Assembly (NCBI GenBank): GCA_963834385.1
Contig: CAWIBO010000002.1
Span: 1,088,001-1,152,000 of the forward strand
Direction: 5' to 3'
Length of the DNA stretch: 64,000 bases
Origin: an uncultured Verrucomicrobiae bacterium
GTDB taxonomy: Bacteria; Verrucomicrobiota; Verrucomicrobiia; Chthoniobacterales; UBA10450
Below are positions 61,496 through 64,000 of the stretch, one piece after another (position 1 is the stretch's first letter; every line of letters starts with the position of its first letter). The position numbers and the translations under genes are program-made. The notes under the pieces were generated by a model. The model did not search any database and was not told the DNA's origin. It worked only from the letters and a program-made list of their open reading frames with translations.

Positions 61496-61523
61496 TTCAA
61501 AATCTCAACTCAGAAAAACCTAG

Positions 61524-63188
<1,665 letters not shown>

Positions 63189-63221
63189 GCCCAGCGCTTA
63201 CTCGCTAACGAAAATCAACAG

Positions 63222-63253
63222 CAGCCGGGCTTCGAAAGGGGCCCGGCTGTTTT
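63222..63253 (+). terminator. Rho-independent terminator of groEL
   Basis: CAGCCGGGCTTC-GAAA-GGGGCCCGGCTG-TTTT. Confidence 0.88.
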
Positions 63254-63261
63254 GCTTCCTC

Positions 63262-64000
63262 CCGGTAGGGCGAGACTCTGTCGAGCCTGGGGGAGAACTC
63301 ACCACAGAGAGCGCAGAGGACACAGAGGTGAGGCTGGGGCAGGATTTCCAATGGAGGGACCTGCTTCCGCAGGTCCAAGGACGAGCGGAAGCTCGTCCCT
63401 CCGCCTAGGGAACCAGCGCTTTGGAGAGGACAGGATTAACAGGATGGACAGGATTTCAGGAAAGGGCAGAAGAGATTAGTAGCAGGACATACAGCGCCCG
63501 AGATGTCGGCGGCGCGTTCTCCCAGGCTCCGCGGAGCGTCGCCCTACCGGGCCGGCGCGGCCCCCGCACCATTCACGATTCACCATCCTCCATTCACGTC
63601 CCCGCGTTCCCCCCGGTAGGGCGAGACTCTGTCGAGCCTGGGAGCACGGTCTGCTGCTCTTAAGAAGACAGGATTAACAGGATGGACAGGATTCGGAGCG
63701 AGGAAGAAGAGGGTTCCCGTCGGTGACAAACAGCGCCTGAGATGTTGGCGGCGCGTGCTCCCAGGCTCCGCGGAGCGTCGCCCTACCGGGCCGGCGCGGT
63801 TCCCGCACCATTCACGATTCACCATCCTCCATTCACGTCCCCGCGTTCCCCCGGTAGGGCGAGACTCTGTCGAGCCTGGGAGCACGGTCTGCTGCTCTTA
63901 AGAAGACAGGATTAACAGGATGGACAGGATTCGGAGCGGAGAAGAAGAGGGTTCCCGTCGGTGACAAACAGCGTCCGCGATGTCGGCGGCGCGTGCTCCC
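63262..64000. repeat. Composite REP/REPIN-like tandem array (238-bp period, runs off window end)
   Basis: CCGGTAGGGCGAGACTCTGTCGAGCCTGGG at 63262, 63613 and 63851; inverted partner GGCTCCGCGGAGCGTCGCCCTACCGG ending at 63550 and 63789. Confidence 0.88.

Noticed and set aside
63262..64000. CRISPR array
   Set aside because: Intervening sequences are near-identical rather than unique, repeats alternate in orientation, the period is 238 bp, and no cas genes are present.

Overview
High-GC core chromosomal segment, most likely from a Verrucomicrobiota (Spartobacteria/Chthoniobacterales-like) bacterium. The taxonomy is inferred from two proteins with the tandem 'NIS(T/G)RA.V.TGD.V.I.GFI' C-terminal module, PVC-type zinc-ribbon and TPR-ExbBD genes, and the dnaK-groES-groEL order. 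There are about 62 CDS. Main blocks: glycosyltransferase/epimerase genes; trxB; fpg; mgtE; two paralogous secreted beta-propeller proteins; yitJ-like-DedA-cdd-mnmG-plsY-gpsA; purN; an NSS transporter with an unannotated 42-aa partner; a murU/amgK-like pair; prc-TPR-TPR-exbB-exbD-exbD; thyA; a ~16-kb phosphate supercluster (DUF47-pit-phoBR-pstCAB-phoU-ppk1-ppgK-sixA-HAD converging on CYTH-porin-pstS-arsC); and dnaK-groES-groEL. Non-coding signals read from the sequence: a perfect parS palindrome inside mnmG, a candidate oriC at ~11.6-11.85 kb, 11-bp-phased Pho-box repeats, a duplicated 20-mer plus a sigma54-like GG-N10-GC element upstream of dnaK, and a composite REP/REPIN-like tandem array after groEL. 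Five conserved genes carry single-base frameshifts that are probably sequencing errors. No rRNA, tRNA, CRISPR array, transposase or prophage was recognised. All functional calls come from motif recognition by eye; no database search was run.
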